DNA from: Macrostomum lignano
Taxonomy: Eukaryota
Direction: 5' to 3'
Length of the DNA: 64,000 bases
Assembly: GCA_002269645.1 (NCBI GenBank)
Contig: NIVC01002552.1
Span: forward strand, 72,435 to 136,434
How positions within the stretch are numbered: position 1 is the stretch's first letter; every line of letters begins with the position of its first letter. The position numbers and the translations under genes are program-made. This document shows, piece by piece, positions 61,323 to 64,000 of the stretch. The notes below the pieces were generated by a model that had not been told where the DNA came from, did not search any database, and saw only the letters and a list, made by a program, of their open reading frames with translations.

Positions 61323-64000
61323 TTAATAGTTGACTTGACTGCCATCCGCAGCCTCCGATTCTCCCCTGGCACCGCTGCAAGGGTTCCTCGGCATGCACTT
61401 CTTGCGCCTGTCGAAATCTAAAATAAGTGAGTTCGACAGCAATAGGTAGCTTTTGCCTGCTTCCGGACGGATGTGCAACCACCCTGGCTCAACCGTAGCC
61501 AAATGATTGACGAGTGTGCTTGTGATTTATAGCAACAATTATTAGCTGCCTTGTTTAACAGAAATTTAGCTTGTTAGGTAGCAATATATACAGAAACAGT
61601 TAAACTTTCACTGTCAAAAACTTTCACTGTCTTTAAAACAGTGAATGCAATCGTGCGAGGCTCTTTGCAATACATTCTGTTAAGTCTAGTGAATTGATAA
61701 ATAACTGACCCTTCCAAGCGCTGAGATCAATGTCCGGCAGCTCGGAGCAGGGCACGAGGTCCGCTTTGTGCCGCGGAGTGTAGAAAGCCTGCGGCTGGAT
61801 CTCGTTGATTGTCTCAACCGTGTTGCAGATCAGTCTCGAAAGAGTGTACCGCCGAATCTCCTGCAGCTGGGTCGGCGTAAACTGACCCGGATTTTCATAC
61901 CAAAATCTGAAATTTGAGGATGCTTTTCAGAAAGCAGAGAACGAACAGAAAATATCTGTAAAATAATTAGAATTGCTTATAATTCTTTGGAACCTGTCTC
62001 CATCGCGCAGAGCCCGGAACTGCAAGGCCAGAACGCAGCGAGCTGTTGGACCGACCAACGAATCATCCACTCGGTCTTCCAGCACGATCGCCGGAAATAG
62101 GTCAACGTTTACTGTGAAAAAAGATTAACATCATGGCGTCAGGAACATGATCTAAAAATCGCTTTATCGAAATCAGAAGGATCGCAGAAAAATCTTTGAC
62201 TTACGCGGGGATCCGTAAACTTCTTCAAGCTTGCGAAGCGCCTCCGGGCTGCTAATCTCGCCCGCCAAGTCGTCCCACTTAGTGGCCCAGGAGAGGCCGC
62301 ACAGCTGTCTCCAGTAGTTGTAGGACGGCAGGCCGTGGTCGCGACCGCGTTGGATGTTTAACGCGGCAAGATCGGAGGCGACTTTGCTGGTGAGCTCAAA
62401 CAAGCGGTCCACAGTGCCTCGTGACATCGACGCAGGGCCCTTGGAGCGGCTCTTCATGGCCACAGTGATGGCACCGCGAACCAGCGAGTCGATGCCCTTA
62501 GCTGATATTATGTGTGGAGCAAAGAGGCCATGCTCAAGCTGCACTACCTGCTCCAGGTGGTACTTTTTATCCAACAGAGCAAAAAAGTCGGATATCATGG
62601 TATGGCCGATGCGGAACACAGTGGTGGCGAAGCAGTTGGCAATGTTGGGGTTCACGTCCGAGCGGTAGCCTTTGTAAGGCTTCACGATTTCTCTCATTCC
62701 TGTCACGCCAATAAGCACTGGCAGGTACTCGTTGTATGTGATCTGCTGTGTTAGCGCACTCATGATCCGCCTAGTCTCGTAAAACACTTTGTCCCCGCAC
62801 CAGTGCGGGTTGAGCGAGTGCAGAACGTGTCCAATACGGTTGTGCTCCCGCACAAACATTGTGTGATACACAGTCAGCAGAACAAACTCGTTCGCTCGAG
62901 CATCGCCGGCGCTAAAGCATTTGGCATTAGGCGAGTCCCGGTTACGGCCGCAGGCGGTGGGACGCCGTTGACGCTGATGGGTAGCAGATCGAGCATCTGG
63001 CCTGGAGCTGGCCGGCTAGTTTTCAAAAACCCTGAAGGTGAGTTCAAATCGCGCAGTAAGTTGAGTACTTCGCAATTGCTGCCGTAGATGGCGCTACCAT
63101 CGATAAAGCTAGTGATCTGGTTGATCTGTTCGCGAGGGCGGATGCACTTTTCGTGCTTGCTGAACTCGCCGCTGGAGCAGAAGGCGGCCGACCGTTTGAA
63201 GGTTATGCAGCCCTTCATGCGTGGGTCGTCTGAGGGATGATATTTTCGGACCAATACACTTTAAATGGAAACACTTGCTCTTGATTATTGCCTTAAAAAA
63301 TTAAGTTGCTAGAAGCAAATCAGCTATTAATTAGTCCATAGCGACACAACAACAGCTGGTGCAATAATGAGTAGTGGTCTGGGTACCTCGTGGCGCTGGA
63401 ATGGGAAAGCATGGTAGGTCCACCCGGCAGTGCTTATTGCAGTCGGAGTTGTGCACTAGTCCACGATCCGTAGAGGCGCCAGGAGTCAGATCAATGTCGT
63501 GATCCAAAAACTGGCCGAAGTAGTTGAATACCTGGCTGATGGCCTTGTCCACTGGGTAATGCTTCTTGCGCAGCGCGTGCAGAGATACCTTGCGTGCCGA
63601 TGGCTTACGGAACCCGCCGTATCTGCGATGCTTCTGGTACCCTGCAATGCCAATGCCGCGTAATATATTTATGAAAATGATTCGTTCAAACTTTGCTAAT
63701 TATGAGTAAATACAGGTGTGACTGTCACCTTGGGGCAGATTAATTCCCAGTTCGTATTGGCTTTGCAGGAAACGCTGAAATCCGCGACCCGCCTGGCCCC
63801 AGGTCGGTCGCTTAAGATTATTGCAACTACCGTCGGGTGCTGAATACTTGGACAGGAACTCGGATAGCGTTTGCAATCAGGGGCCGGGACAGCCGAGCTC
63901 GAGCAGTTCAGTTTGGACTTGATGTACTGCAGCAGGGGCACGTCGATGTTCAGAGCTTCACGGGAAGACTTTTGACACTGTTTGGGTGAACTCGATGCCG
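61323..64000 (-). CDS. Animal heme peroxidase (peroxidasin/MPO-TPO family), 5'-partial. Exons: >64000-63729, 63641-63387, 63229-62205, 62111-61994, 61906-61710, 61417-61323
   Basis: [18 protein letters not shown] (distal His), [39 protein letters not shown] (proximal His), [23 protein letters not shown]. Frameshifts near 63862 and 62959-62961; the 63229-62205 exon is 1 nt short of phase. Confidence 0.93.

Noticed and set aside
61440-61532. Plus-strand ...MIDECACDL* resembling a TGF-beta C-terminus
   Set aside because: The upstream frame has a stop and lacks the other cystine-knot cysteines; it lies within a peroxidase intron on the opposite strand.

Overview
Eukaryotic (animal) genomic DNA with GC-rich exons and minisatellite-filled introns. 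The style suggests a lophotrochozoan, possibly a free-living flatworm such as Macrostomum (inference, not provable here). Hand-spliced genes with consistent phases: LCMT2/TYW4 (10 exons, -), ADSL (4 exons, -), an OCIA-domain gene (-), an intronless 1072-aa zinc finger/RS/multi-RRM-like orphan (-), a UBE2Z-like E2 (+), an orphan type-I membrane Ig-like protein (6 exons, +), a predicted anion-selective nicotinic-type Cys-loop receptor subunit (-), and the 3' part of an animal heme peroxidase (-). Near the left edge are a SelW/Rdx-like ORF and an orphan ORF. The main mobile element is a 6.94-kb Foldback/NOF (Rehavkus-type MULE) transposon with TIRs built of 186-bp tandem units and a target-site duplication, encoding transposase + Ulp1 SUMO protease + PHD finger. 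Other elements: two internally deleted Tc1/mariner elements, a hAT MITE filled by a (TTCTC)n tract, a CORE-like tRNA-SINE, a LINE RT fragment, palindromic hairpins and about 15 tandem arrays. About eight single-base frameshifts in otherwise intact genes look like long-read assembly errors. No CRISPR, rRNA or intact tRNA gene was seen.
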